Program-made: the position numbers and the translations under genes | Shown: positions 1 through 9,904 of the stretch, one piece after another | How positions within the stretch are numbered: the first letter of the stretch is position 1 | Layout: each line of letters begins with the position of its first letter | The notes under the pieces: model-generated | What the model saw: the letters and a program-made list of their open reading frames with translations, nothing else | What the model was told of the DNA's origin: nothing | Databases searched by the model: none | Assembly: GCA_037134875.1 (NCBI GenBank) | Contig: JBAXLH010000004.1 | Span: 1,233-65,232 of the forward strand | DNA: 64,000 nt | Reading direction: 5' to 3' | From: a bacterium | GTDB lineage: Bacteria; Patescibacteriota; Minisyncoccia; Phycocordibacterales; DATDWN01

Positions 1-304
1 GAAGCTCTTTGTTGATTTGGGGAGCCTTCTCAATAACCTGTTTGAGTTGGGCATCTTCCTTGGAAATGATGTAATGGAGAGATTGGATGCTCGGAGAGAG
101 ACCGCGTAGGGTTTTGAGGATAAGATTGTGGAACTTGTTTGATAGCCAATCTTGAACAAAAGTATTTGGAACACTCAAATAGATCGCACCATCCTCCTGT
201 TTTAGGACAAATGTGTTCTTAAACCACGTGTTAAAGTTCGGCTTAGAGAGACTAAGTTCCATTTCTACCAGAACACTATCCCAAAGTTTTTTGTTATCCA
301 TCAT
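1..304 (-). CDS. dnaA: Chromosomal replication initiator DnaA, N-terminal part (runs off the window)
   Basis: Manual translation MMDNKKLWDSVLVEMELSLSKPNFNTWFKNT...LSVPNTFVQDWL matches DnaA domain I; divergent from rpmH as in the canonical origin layout. Confidence 0.93.
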   Translation of the reverse strand, partial: MMDNKKLWDSVLVEMELSLSKPNFNTWFKNTFVLKQEDGAIYLSVPNTFVQDWLSNKFHNLILKTLRGLSPSIQSLHYIISKEDAQLKQVIEKAPQINKEL

Positions 305-355
305 ATATGTGTTAATTGTTCACTTATTATATATGGAATAAAAAAAGTTAGTACT

Positions 356-405
356 TGTTAAAAAGCTGTGAATATGTTAATAATATGTGTATAACTTGTT
401 AATAA
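356..405. promoter_or_regulatory. DnaA-box array, candidate oriC
   Basis: TGTGTATAA (386-394) is a perfect TTWTNCACA reverse complement; variants TGTTAAAAA 356, TGTGAATAT 367, TGTTAATAA 375 and 397 lie in an AT-rich dnaA-rpmH intergenic region. Confidence 0.7.
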
Positions 406-413
406 TTTAACTG

Positions 414-533
414 TTTTTGAATTTGACAGACTTGACCTTTTTGGAACATTGCGAGCGCGACGGCGCGAACACGAGGAATTTTCTAGCAAGAAAATATCCG
501 TTTCCAAAAAGGTAAGGCTGTAAAATTCAAAAA
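414..533 (+). repeat. Structured palindromic element family A, copy 1
   Basis: Outer stem ACCTTTTTGGAA/TTCCAAAAAGGT around core CATTGCGAGCGCGACGGCGCGAACACGAGGAATTTTCTAGCAAGAAAATATCCG; near-identical core at 40017-40071. Confidence 0.9.
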
Positions 534-542
534 AATAAAACA

Positions 543-686
543 ATGTCATTCACATACAATCCTAAAAAAAGAAAACGAGCAAAGGCACATGGTTTTTTGG
601 TACGAAGTAAAACAAAAACAGGCCGAAATACTCTTTTGAGACGACGACGAAAAGGTCGCAAAGCTATCACAACTGTTAAAAAATAA
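543..686 (+). CDS. rpmH: 50S ribosomal protein L34
   Basis: Manual translation [40 protein letters not shown]; directly upstream of rnpA. Confidence 0.97.
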   Translation: MSFTYNPKKRKRAKAHGFLVRSKTKTGRNTLLRRRRKGRKAITTVKK

Positions 687-689
687 CCT

Positions 690-1028
690 ATGTTACCAAA
701 ACAGAGAAGAATTCAGAGGAAATTTTTCTCAGAGATTTTGAGTAAAGGTGCACGTTTTAATACAGAACACTTTCTAGTCTATATTCTCCAAACAGAGAAA
801 GAAAATCCTTCGCGGTTTTCTTTTTCTATTTCAAAAAAGGTTGCACAAAAAGCAGTCACCAGAAATCTATATCGTCGTCGCGGATATGCTATAATCTCTA
901 AGTATCTAGAAGACATAACAACAGGCTATAATCTCTTTTTTGTATATAAAAAAGGATCACTACCAGTTTCTTTTGTAGATCTGGAATCAGAAATTATATT
1001 ATTACTAAAAAAATCACACCTAATCTAA
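690..1028 (+). CDS. rnpA: Ribonuclease P protein component
   Basis: RFSFSISKKVAQKAVTRNLYRRR (RNR-type motif); synteny. Confidence 0.93.
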   Translation: MLPKQRRIQRKFFSEILSKGARFNTEHFLVYILQTEKENPSRFSFSISKKVAQKAVTRNLYRRRGYAIISKYLEDITTGYNLFFVYKKGSLPVSFVDLESEIILLLKKSHLI

Positions 1029-1033
1029 TTTTT

Positions 1034-1762
1034 ATGGGTTCACTCTTTCAAATTTTAATTTTTAAACCTTTTTATAATGGACTCGTATTTCTTATGGGCT
1101 CACTTCCCTTTTTTGATGCAGGGGTGATTATTATTATTTTTACAATAATTGTAAAAATAATTTTACTTCCTCTCTCAATCAAAGCAAGCAAAGCTCAAAT
1201 TGAAATGAAAAGTATTGAAAAAGATCTCAATAACATCAAAGAAAAATATAAAGATAACAAAGAAGAACAATCACGAAAAACAATTGAATTGTATAAAGAA
1301 AAAAACATAAATCCTTTTTCTGGATTTTTAATACTCATTATTCAATTACCAATTATTATTGGACTATATCAAGTTTTTCTCAAATCTGGCCTTCCAAAAA
1401 TAAATACAGCAATTCTCTACCCATTCATTATGGCTCCAGTGGCTATAAATATGATGTTTTTAAACATTATAAATATAGCTGACAAAAACATTATTCTTGC
1501 AATAATTGCAGGTATTACATCATATTTCCAAATAAGCTATGCAAGTAAAAATCAGCCACAGAATACAGGAACAGGAACTCAAAATGAAATTGCGCGGGCT
1601 ATGACAATGCAAATGAAATATTTCTTCCCTGTGTTGGTGATATTTATTTCATACAGCATTTCAAGTGCGCTTTCACTCTACTGGATTACCAGTAACCTAT
1701 TTGCTGTTGCACAGGAAATTTATATAAAGAAAAAATACCATCAAGCTGTCTCGGTGGTATAA
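1034..1762 (+). CDS. yidC: Membrane protein insertase YidC/Oxa1 (short form)
   Basis: IIIFTIIVKIILLPL, ELYKEKNINPFSG, IIQLPI, LYWITSNLF motifs. Confidence 0.93.
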   Translation: MGSLFQILIFKPFYNGLVFLMGSLPFFDAGVIIIIFTIIVKIILLPLSIKASKAQIEMKSIEKDLNNIKEKYKDNKEEQSRKTIELYKEKNINPFSGFLILIIQLPIIIGLYQVFLKSGLPKINTAILYPFIMAPVAINMMFLNIINIADKNIILAIIAGITSYFQISYASKNQPQNTGTGTQNEIARAMTMQMKYFFPVLVIFISYSISSALSLYWITSNLFAVAQEIYIKKKYHQAVSVV

Positions 1763-1772
1763 TTTCAAAAAA

Positions 1773-3023
1773 CTATTTGGAGAGGTCGAGTGACCACAAA
1801 CTTCCATCTATTTTATTTATAAACACAAGGTATTGTTCGTTCGTACTGAGTAATGGTTTTATAACGTCTATTTGTTCATTTGATTCGCTGTACAAATTTC
1901 CTATAAGAGAAGAAGTATTGTTTTTGAGATCATATTTCCAAACATCATCTGTAAACTGAGAGTAACCCATATACCACAGCGTCATACTGTTTCCATTCAA
2001 ACTTTCTCGAGGAACAGCACAATACAAGATGTTTTTATCTTTCGTACTCCATACACACTTCTCTGGAAATGTTGCTGGTGTGATTTGGGTTGATGATTTG
2101 CCACTTATACTATAGACAGACATTGTGAGTGAGTCTGTTTGAGAAGAAAACAAAACTTTTGTCGCATCTGGGCTGACCAATGTAGAAAGACCACTAATAT
2201 CCCCTATTATTTTTTTTGATGTTCCGTTTGTTGTGTTTATAAAATACAAATATCCTGAAACATTTGGATAGGGTTTTGTTGTGAGGGCTACAGTATTTGT
2301 GTTTACAAATTGTGATAGAAGCTCAGTAAGAGGAGAACTCCATACTTGTTTTTTCTTTGTTCCGGAAAAATTTGAGACAATTCCAGATGTTCCAGATGAT
2401 CCTTGTATCAAATAAAATACATTTGTGTCAAAAACAGAATAATCTGTGATATGTGCTGGCAATTGGACACCTGAAATAAGGTTGTCAGCGGTTGACGTCG
2501 CATCTTTTGGTAGTGTTGTAGAGGCAACACCTTTTTGATTCAGTGTCAGAGTATATGTGTCTATTGTTTGATCATCATCTCTCAAGTATCTCGCAATAAG
2601 AGAGTTGTTTGTATTTCCCCACACAGCATCATATACAAGAGGAATTGTGGTATTTGAAATACGATTTTGGACTGGAGAGAAAAGCTCTGTTTCGTAGATG
2701 TGTCCGGTTGATTTTTCTATATGTCGCACCACACTACCCTGTTTTGTATCAACAATACCCGCACCTGCTACCGGGTCAGACCAAATTTTTCGCAGTTTTT
2801 GAACAAAATTTTGTTGCTGAGTATTTTTTTCTGGAAGAGTTACTCCTGTTTCTGTGGTTGTGCTTGTGTTTGTGTCATTTCCACCAAAAGGAAAGAAATT
2901 TTTGAATACAGACGTGTTTGTGTCAGTATTTACTCCTGGTTTTGTTGTAAAGTAATAACCAACCAGAATAATCAGAATTATTGCGAGTACTATTCCTATA
3001 ATAATAAAAAGTTTTTTTGACAT
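1773..3023 (-). CDS. Membrane-anchored exported protein, probable beta-propeller
   Basis: N-terminal TM helix; beta-rich repeats such as VSPDATKVLFS and LSTNEQYLVF. Confidence 0.6.
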   Translation of the reverse strand: MSKKLFIIIGIVLAIILIILVGYYFTTKPGVNTDTNTSVFKNFFPFGGNDTNTSTTTETGVTLPEKNTQQQNFVQKLRKIWSDPVAGAGIVDTKQGSVVRHIEKSTGHIYETELFSPVQNRISNTTIPLVYDAVWGNTNNSLIARYLRDDDQTIDTYTLTLNQKGVASTTLPKDATSTADNLISGVQLPAHITDYSVFDTNVFYLIQGSSGTSGIVSNFSGTKKKQVWSSPLTELLSQFVNTNTVALTTKPYPNVSGYLYFINTTNGTSKKIIGDISGLSTLVSPDATKVLFSSQTDSLTMSVYSISGKSSTQITPATFPEKCVWSTKDKNILYCAVPRESLNGNSMTLWYMGYSQFTDDVWKYDLKNNTSSLIGNLYSESNEQIDVIKPLLSTNEQYLVFINKIDGSLWSLDLSK

Positions 3024-3026
3024 AGA

Positions 3027-3965
3027 TTATTTATATGTAACATGCCAATGATCCCCTGTAGAGGCTGGTGCTGTTGCCGTCCCACAACAATCTTTTGGCT
3101 CCCACACATACACCGCGTTTCCAATTGTATATTTATTTCCAGCGGCCGCACCACTACATGCTCCTCCTGATGATGTTTGACATATATTTGAATTGTTTGA
3201 CCATCCATTTGTGATTGTATTATTTACTGCAGTATTTGCCTCCAAATCAAGAGCGTTGCCTGTTGCATGGGCAGAATTTGTCGCATGACCACCTTCAGTT
3301 CCACCTTTGATAACTACACAGTTTGTCGATTGTTGTTGGGTTGCTTTACAGAGTTGTTGTAAAGATTCAACTCCATCAATAGTCACTTTTTGAAGACCAT
3401 TCAAATTGACACATCCTGTAGTGTTGTTTCCTGTACAAGCCCCTGCATATGTTTTTACACCAGCTGCTTCGAGAGCGTTTCGATTTGTCGCATCATCTGC
3501 CAAATCACTTCCACTGATTACAGCAACAGTTGGCATATTGGCATAGGTTAAATTTGGCCGTGGCACAGTTAGGTTAAAGTCGAGTATTTGAGGGTTGATT
3601 GTGTTGAGGATTGCCCATGCACCAATAACAAACAAAAGTCCCCACAAAGCCTCCTCTATCCTTTTTCGTCCATCTGATTTACCTGAAATAGCGTCAGAGG
3701 TCATATATTCAATACCCCCAAATGTAATCATAATAAAAGCAAGTGCAGCAGCAATTCCAATAGAAAATTTGAAAACGCCAGGAAGGTATGTTGAGAGATC
3801 GGTCTCGCATTTTGTTCCTGTATTACCACCACATTTTGTTGTGTATGGAAGTGGGGCAAGTGTTACGTATGTATCAAGTGCTGCAAAAGAAATATTAACA
3901 ATACAAAACAGTCCATACATTACCATTCCTATTCGTGCTATTAATTTAAATTTTTGTGAAGTCAT
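3027..3965 (-). CDS. VirB2/TrbC-like pilin fused to a peptidase M15-like (Zn DD-peptidase fold) domain
   Basis: Pilin hairpin IGIAAALAFIMITFGGIEYMTS...ALWGLLFVIGAWAILNTINP; C-terminal SAHATGNALDL and DHWHVTY zinc motifs; start moved to M23. Confidence 0.7.
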   Translation of the reverse strand: MTSQKFKLIARIGMVMYGLFCIVNISFAALDTYVTLAPLPYTTKCGGNTGTKCETDLSTYLPGVFKFSIGIAAALAFIMITFGGIEYMTSDAISGKSDGRKRIEEALWGLLFVIGAWAILNTINPQILDFNLTVPRPNLTYANMPTVAVISGSDLADDATNRNALEAAGVKTYAGACTGNNTTGCVNLNGLQKVTIDGVESLQQLCKATQQQSTNCVVIKGGTEGGHATNSAHATGNALDLEANTAVNNTITNGWSNNSNICQTSSGGACSGAAAGNKYTIGNAVYVWEPKDCCGTATAPASTGDHWHVTYK

Positions 3966-3969
3966 AATT

Positions 3970-4974
3970 TTAATTTGTTCCAAATTGCATATTAAATCCA
4001 TTTGATGCTGATTGAAGAATCTTATCTGCATTGTCTATTGAAAGAGAAATATATGATGAGCCGTTTGTTCCATCGACTTGCCTAAAGGTTTGTGTGGTTG
4101 TGTTTGTATTATCAATTGTTACTCTGTTAATAGACCATTTATAGGAAAGGTTTGGGTTATTTGCATCAGAAACACCAAAGAAATATGGTACAGCAAAAAG
4201 AGATATTTCTTTGGTGTTTGTGAGTTTTACTGTATCAGTAAAGGCTTTCTGAAATTGTATTCCATATAACGGATTTTTTTCATAGAAAACAATCGATGGC
4301 TCAATGGGAGTAACGGTAACTGTTGCAGAACCAACACTTTCAGAATCCGGTGATGATACAGTCACACTCAAATTTAATGACCGTGAAATAATTGACCCGA
4401 GCATTGTGTATGTATTCATTCCATATCCAGAATAATCACCCAGTATAGTGCCATTCTTTTTCCATGTGTAGATGAGGTTACTTGCAGGTATTTCTTGTCC
4501 ATTTGATCCTGTAATATGAGGCAGAGCAATAAATTTTATTATATCTTGATGGCTAAAAAGAGTTTTTCCTCTATAAAATTGTGGAGTGTAGCCCTGCGCT
4601 TCCCACAACAAATCAACACTTGAAGGTTTGAGAGTGTATGATTTTTCTACAACATCTCCCCCGCTTGTTTCTATGATCACATCAAGGTTTGTTACTGTGC
4701 CAGAATCACCAAGCGCAAATGAATATGTCTTTAATCCCCTACTTGATACTTTTGTTAATCCATTTATTTTCCATGTAATGTTAGACGAGTTTAAATCAGT
4801 ATCATAACTGCTCAGTGTGACTGTCACAATACTACTTGGTTTTGGATTTTCTGGAGAAATATCTACATTGATTGAGTTTGGTGCAAGAGCGCTAAATTGA
4901 GCATGTGTTTGAGTTGTAACTCCAAAAAACACAAGTACAAAGAGTATGAAAAAATATATATATCGGATTTTCAT
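3970..4974 (-). CDS. Exported Ig-like/beta-rich hypothetical protein
   Basis: Signal peptide ending THA; repeated YTW/YKW strands. Confidence 0.6.
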   Translation of the reverse strand: MKIRYIYFFILFVLVFFGVTTQTHAQFSALAPNSINVDISPENPKPSSIVTVTLSSYDTDLNSSNITWKINGLTKVSSRGLKTYSFALGDSGTVTNLDVIIETSGGDVVEKSYTLKPSSVDLLWEAQGYTPQFYRGKTLFSHQDIIKFIALPHITGSNGQEIPASNLIYTWKKNGTILGDYSGYGMNTYTMLGSIISRSLNLSVTVSSPDSESVGSATVTVTPIEPSIVFYEKNPLYGIQFQKAFTDTVKLTNTKEISLFAVPYFFGVSDANNPNLSYKWSINRVTIDNTNTTTQTFRQVDGTNGSSYISLSIDNADKILQSASNGFNMQFGTN

Positions 4975-5028
4975 TACATTTATTGTACCACACAACTAAA
5001 CTGTGCAGATAAATTTATACACAATGTC

Positions 5029-5640
5029 TCAGGCGACTTTCTCGAGATTATCACCGGTTTCCGTTTCAGTTTTTCTTAGTTGGCCAGATATAAACTCGGT
5101 ATTTTGGGGGAAATTTCCAACACGAGGGTTTTTATCAGTTTGCCCATCGTACTTATTCGCAACATTTTGATAGTTTTTTGTCTGGAGTGGTGGCGTTTGG
5201 CGTACATTTCCAGTCTGTCTTCTTGTTGCTGGCTCCTGTGTATCTCCACCGAGGGCTTTACCTGCAACTGCACCCAAAGCTCCACCTGCACCACCGGGGA
5301 TATTTTGAGCCACCAACTCTTTTGCTTTTGTTGTTCCGATAAGTAATACAACAGCTAATGTCCAAGCTGGCAGAGCGTTGAGTATAGGAATAAGCTCAAT
5401 TAAAAACCCTCCACCCATTATCCCGGCTTTTTTTGGATCAGAAAAATTCATTCCGTTCATTTTGAACCACAAATAAAACGTGAAAAAAGCAGCAATATCT
5501 ATAAAGATACTGATTATTTGTCCCAAAATAGGAATAAGTTCGATGAGTGCCTGGACAACGTCAAAAATAATGGCCACAGTGACCATAAAAACAGTTTGTA
5601 CGAAACTGATTTCGTCTTTTTTCTCTTCTTTTTCTTCCAT
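5029..5640 (-). CDS. Membrane protein in the T4SS-like cluster
   Basis: Several TM segments with repeated IELIPIL and a disordered C-tail. Confidence 0.6.
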   Translation of the reverse strand: MEEKEEKKDEISFVQTVFMVTVAIIFDVVQALIELIPILGQIISIFIDIAAFFTFYLWFKMNGMNFSDPKKAGIMGGGFLIELIPILNALPAWTLAVVLLIGTTKAKELVAQNIPGGAGGALGAVAGKALGGDTQEPATRRQTGNVRQTPPLQTKNYQNVANKYDGQTDKNPRVGNFPQNTEFISGQLRKTETETGDNLEKVA

Positions 5641-5653
5641 ACAATAAATATAA

Positions 5654-7465
5654 TTACGAACTATGCTCTAATTCAGCTTTTGCTTTTTGTATAGAGAGTA
5701 TTTGAGATGGATCAGATGTAATAATTTGATCCTCTGTATATGATGCAATAATTTTGATCGCGACATGTTTGAGACCGGCAAAGAATATTCCCTCCCCAAC
5801 TCCAGATTCGAGAAGCAAATACTTTTCCTCATCAGTGAGACTAAATACTTGCTGGAGACGGTCAATGGATGTTGGAGACTGTTTCAAAAGCATCTGAATG
5901 GACGAGTTTGTGATAATTGGCGTTCCGTATGGAGATTTCAAAAAGTCATCCACGTCTTGTGTGATAGTAGCAAGTCCAAGGAAATATTTTCGCCCTCTCT
6001 TTGCGAGAGAAAGCAAGAATGATGCGGTGTCATCGGATTTCATCATCCACCACGCCTCGTCAATCACAAGAAGTCGTTTTTTGAGTTTGCGTCTGATCAT
6101 ATTCCAGATGTAGTGTGTGACAATATACATCGCGATCGGCTTGAGTTCATCTTCCATATCTCGGAGTGAAAAGACGATAAACTTTTTGTTTATATCAATG
6201 TTTGATGGTCTGTTGATGAAGCCTGCCCATGTGCCTTTTGTGTATTTTGTCAGTCTCTGTGCGAGTGATTCTCCACCTTCCATACCAGAGAGCACAAGCT
6301 CGAAGTCGGACATAAGTGGCGGTTCTATATTTTCAAAGTTTGAGTCTGGTGTGATGTCTTTGAGGGCGTATGTTTCTGTAATAGCGCGGTCAATAATGGC
6401 ATCTTCCTCTGGTGTAAGACCCCCCATCATAATACGAAAGAGTCCGACAAGGTTTATGACGTTTGAGCGGAGAATATTTGCAAATGACTCGCCTTCTCCT
6501 GGGGTTGTGAGTTCGAATGGGTTGATATGGTGCTCGGAGTTGAGGGAGATGTTAAAATATCTACCACCCACAGTTTCCGACATATATTCATACTCCCTCT
6601 CAGGGTCGATAACAATAACATCTGTATCAAACATAAGGGTTCGGAGGATTTCCAGTTTGGTGTTGTATGATTTTCCAGCACCAGATTTTGCAAATGTGAT
6701 TGAGTTGTAGTTTTCCAAAGAAAATCTGTCAAAGAGCACAAGTGATGAGTTGTGGCGGTTGATACCATACAAAATACCTTTGTCGGACGTCAGGTCAAAA
6801 GAAACAAACGGAAACAGACTAGAAAGTGGAGATGAGTTGAGTTTGCTGTACACTTTCAAATCATCTGTGCCTATTGGCAATGTTGTTTTGAACGCCTGCT
6901 CCTGCTGGAAAAGTGTTGGTTTAACATACACCATTTTTGCCTCAAGGATTGATTTTATTTCTGACTCTATTTTATCAAGCTCTGCATCTGAGTCTCCATA
7001 AATAGTCATATACAAACCAACATCAAACAATTTTTCCTGTGCCTGTTGGAGCTGATCACGCAAGTTTTCCAAATCCTCGTACGCTGTATCGAGCATTGGA
7101 TTTCGCACGAGACCTTTTGCTTCGCGGGTGTTGATTTGACTTTGTACCTCGGCCACTTTCTTTTGAAATGTGCGCAAAACTTGTGATGTTTCAATTGGTT
7201 GAATGAAAATAGAGACATCAAAAACTTTGTCGAGGTTTATAATCGGTGCAAACCAGCTTTCGGACAAATATCGAGGATATGAAATAACAAAGAAACTTCG
7301 GAGAACCTTCTCGCCGAGATTTATTTCTTTTGGAGAGACTTTGAGCGCGCTTGGAGCAATAATATCCTTGAGTTCCAATGTTCCAGCATCATAAATCTCC
7401 TGTGGCAGGATAGTTGAGATTGATTGTTCCTCTTTTTTTGGTTGTAAAAAATCGAAAATTCCCAT
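5654..7465 (-). CDS. VirB4/TraC-like ATPase
   Basis: Walker A AKSGAGKS, VIDPEREY, Walker B LVIDEAW, KRGRKY, ITQD. Confidence 0.9.
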   Translation of the reverse strand: MGIFDFLQPKKEEQSISTILPQEIYDAGTLELKDIIAPSALKVSPKEINLGEKVLRSFFVISYPRYLSESWFAPIINLDKVFDVSIFIQPIETSQVLRTFQKKVAEVQSQINTREAKGLVRNPMLDTAYEDLENLRDQLQQAQEKLFDVGLYMTIYGDSDAELDKIESEIKSILEAKMVYVKPTLFQQEQAFKTTLPIGTDDLKVYSKLNSSPLSSLFPFVSFDLTSDKGILYGINRHNSSLVLFDRFSLENYNSITFAKSGAGKSYNTKLEILRTLMFDTDVIVIDPEREYEYMSETVGGRYFNISLNSEHHINPFELTTPGEGESFANILRSNVINLVGLFRIMMGGLTPEEDAIIDRAITETYALKDITPDSNFENIEPPLMSDFELVLSGMEGGESLAQRLTKYTKGTWAGFINRPSNIDINKKFIVFSLRDMEDELKPIAMYIVTHYIWNMIRRKLKKRLLVIDEAWWMMKSDDTASFLLSLAKRGRKYFLGLATITQDVDDFLKSPYGTPIITNSSIQMLLKQSPTSIDRLQQVFSLTDEEKYLLLESGVGEGIFFAGLKHVAIKIIASYTEDQIITSDPSQILSIQKAKAELEHSS

Positions 7466-7476
7466 ATGTTTCAAAA

Positions 7477-8115
7477 TTAATTCATTTTAATCGGCTTTTC
7501 GGTGTCTCCCGGATTGAAAATCTTGTAGAAAAGCTCTATCACCTCTTCTGTGCCCAGTCGGATAACTCTGATGCCACACCTGACCAGACCCTGCTCTACA
7601 ACTGATACACGTTGCTCGAGCTGAGTTCTGTTTTCCTCAAAGCCAGCTTGTTTTTCTTTTTGTGCCTCATCACTACTTTTTTTACCAAATAGTCCTCCCC
7701 CTATTCCTCCTTTCATACTGATTATTGCAGGATCATATGCAACAACAATGAAGAAACTTTTTGTCATTATGTTTGTTGACTCGGTAAACTTTTTGATGAA
7801 TTCAATGTATTCTCGAGTCTGAATTTTCATAAGATCATTTACCTGCTCTTTGTATTGGTTTTCGAGGAGAGCAAGGTATGGCCGGATGTCCAAACGTCTC
7901 GACTGGATGGCGATTTGCACCGTAAAATCGAGTGAGTTGAGAAAATCCTGAAACTGCGAGACGATTGCATTTCGCTCATCGTCTGATTTGAGAGAAAAGT
8001 TGAGTGATGATGCGAGAACAATAGCGCGCATTGTGCCGTCCTTCAAAATAACAATGCCGTCACGCACGTCTTGAATGGGAACGAATTCTTGTGTCGCTTT
8101 TGCGTTTACTGCCAT
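7477..8115 (-). CDS. VirB4-associated protein (N-terminal TraC-like module)
   Basis: ATQEFVPIQDVRDGIVILKDG, NFSLKSDDERNAI, FLNSLDF; between PrgI and the ATPase. Confidence 0.7.
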   Translation of the reverse strand: MAVNAKATQEFVPIQDVRDGIVILKDGTMRAIVLASSLNFSLKSDDERNAIVSQFQDFLNSLDFTVQIAIQSRRLDIRPYLALLENQYKEQVNDLMKIQTREYIEFIKKFTESTNIMTKSFFIVVAYDPAIISMKGGIGGGLFGKKSSDEAQKEKQAGFEENRTQLEQRVSVVEQGLVRCGIRVIRLGTEEVIELFYKIFNPGDTEKPIKMN

Positions 8116-8152
8116 ATGTGTATTATATCAAACAAAATCAATTTAAAATAAT

Positions 8153-8587
8153 TTATTTCGTATTTTTACCATCTTCACCTGTCAACGGATTGAGGTTTTC
8201 GTTTATATCCAAACTCCATGCAAGATCTTTGAGTCTACTTTCTGATAATTTTGGTACAAACACTTGATTTGATTCAACTTCTTCAACTTTTTTCGGTTCT
8301 ATTTTTCTTTCCTCCTTTTTCCAAATATATAGATTGCCTCTGGTGTAGAACATAAAAGCGGATTCAAGAAAATCGATAAACGGTTTGTTGTTTACCTTGT
8401 AGAATGCAAGTCCAAGGGAGAGTCCGATCACTCCGGCAATGAGTGGTATTGCGAGAAATATTGGCAAAAAATGATACACAAGAAAAACTATCCCAGCTCC
8501 ACCGGCGAGGTAGACAAACTGTTTGAGAGTTAGAGGACCAATGATTTTATCCTCTATGTCTATAAATTGTGGAACTTGATATCGCAT
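8153..8587 (-). CDS. PrgI family membrane protein
   Basis: VPQFIDIEDKIIGPLTLKQF followed by two TM helices. Confidence 0.85.
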   Translation of the reverse strand: MRYQVPQFIDIEDKIIGPLTLKQFVYLAGGAGIVFLVYHFLPIFLAIPLIAGVIGLSLGLAFYKVNNKPFIDFLESAFMFYTRGNLYIWKKEERKIEPKKVEEVESNQVFVPKLSESRLKDLAWSLDINENLNPLTGEDGKNTK

Positions 8588-8590
8588 AGT

Positions 8591-9901
8591 TTATTCAATT
8601 GGTTCTCGGTACGGATCAACAGAATATTGTTTTGGTGGAGGTTCGACAGGTTTTGGTGACTCCACTTTTTTCTCCTTCGGTTTGATTGGTAGAATAGGAG
8701 TAGGTGTTGCAGAAATAGGTTGCAACGGATTCTCTGTTGGTTTTTCTACAACTGTCGTTTCTGTGTTTGAAGAAGAATTTTCTGCCATTGGTCTGTACTT
8801 CATCTGAAGAAACTTATCTTCAATATCTTTTTTGAAATCAAGTTTTTGTGGTGTAGCCTGTTCTATTGTTTTTGTAAGAGAAGTTTTTGTGTCATCACTC
8901 TCCTCTTCGAGAGGTACTGCGGTAAATTTTGGAACTGGAACCGGTGCCTGAATAGGTTCTGGTGCAATTTCTTTGATTGGAATCAGGTTCGCCAAATCTT
9001 TCTCTTCTATTATTGTATTGTTATGAGCAACTTCACCTTTTTCTACCATAGGAACAATCTTCGGCCTGATTTCTATACTATCAGACGTTTCAGTGGCAGG
9101 AGTGCTTTCAAGAGGTTTTTTCTCCAAAACCTGACTTAGAGGAGCTTTTGTTTTTTCATAGATTCCTTTTACAGGTAGATTGAATACTCTTTTTCCTAAG
9201 TCCTCCATTATTTGGGTTGCGAGAACTCTAGAAATAGCCAATTCTAATATCATAGATTCTAAAAACTTATCTTGTGTTTCTAGATTCACAAAGAGAGACA
9301 AGATTTTGTTTATTAATATACTCGTCTGGGTTTCGTTCAGTGAATATTTGAGAGCAATTTCTTTTGTTTTTTCTTCCCATTTTTTATCATTTATGAGATT
9401 TTTTTCACTTTCTGTCAGACGTTCCATTAATTCTTTGGTTCGGGCAGAGTCTACAGAATTATCATTTAATAATTTTTTTAATCTTTCAAAAACATTAGAA
9501 TTTTCAGAAAAACTTTCTTTTATAGATTCAACATATTCATTGATGTCAAAATCCCTATCATTTTTTTGTTCGATTGATTTGGTATTAACAAGCATTAACT
9601 TGAACAAATTATCTGTGTTATTTATAACCTTACTCTTGATATCCAAGTCTATTTTTTTTGCAACATCATTTGTTAAGCCAAAATCTTTCTCAATTTTTTC
9701 TCTGAGATTTTCTTCCTTCTCAATACCCATAAGTATATTTGTTGTATACAAGCACAATGAATCATTTTGGATATCAGATAGATTATGGTTTTTTCCAATA
9801 TTTTTTATTTCAGAAATGTACTCCTCTGACGCTAAAACTTCCCGTAATTTTTGCGGTAATTTATTATAAATATCCCTAAATTGTTTTTTGTTAGGATTCA
9901 T
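8591..9901 (-). CDS. Hypothetical protein with duplicated helical domain and Pro-rich tail ending DPYREPIE
   Basis: Long ORF in operon; similar segments IGKNHNLSDIQ and IALKYSLNETQ. Confidence 0.6.
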   Translation of the reverse strand: MNPNKKQFRDIYNKLPQKLREVLASEEYISEIKNIGKNHNLSDIQNDSLCLYTTNILMGIEKEENLREKIEKDFGLTNDVAKKIDLDIKSKVINNTDNLFKLMLVNTKSIEQKNDRDFDINEYVESIKESFSENSNVFERLKKLLNDNSVDSARTKELMERLTESEKNLINDKKWEEKTKEIALKYSLNETQTSILINKILSLFVNLETQDKFLESMILELAISRVLATQIMEDLGKRVFNLPVKGIYEKTKAPLSQVLEKKPLESTPATETSDSIEIRPKIVPMVEKGEVAHNNTIIEEKDLANLIPIKEIAPEPIQAPVPVPKFTAVPLEEESDDTKTSLTKTIEQATPQKLDFKKDIEDKFLQMKYRPMAENSSSNTETTVVEKPTENPLQPISATPTPILPIKPKEKKVESPKPVEPPPKQYSVDPYREPIE

Positions 9902-9904
9902 ATG

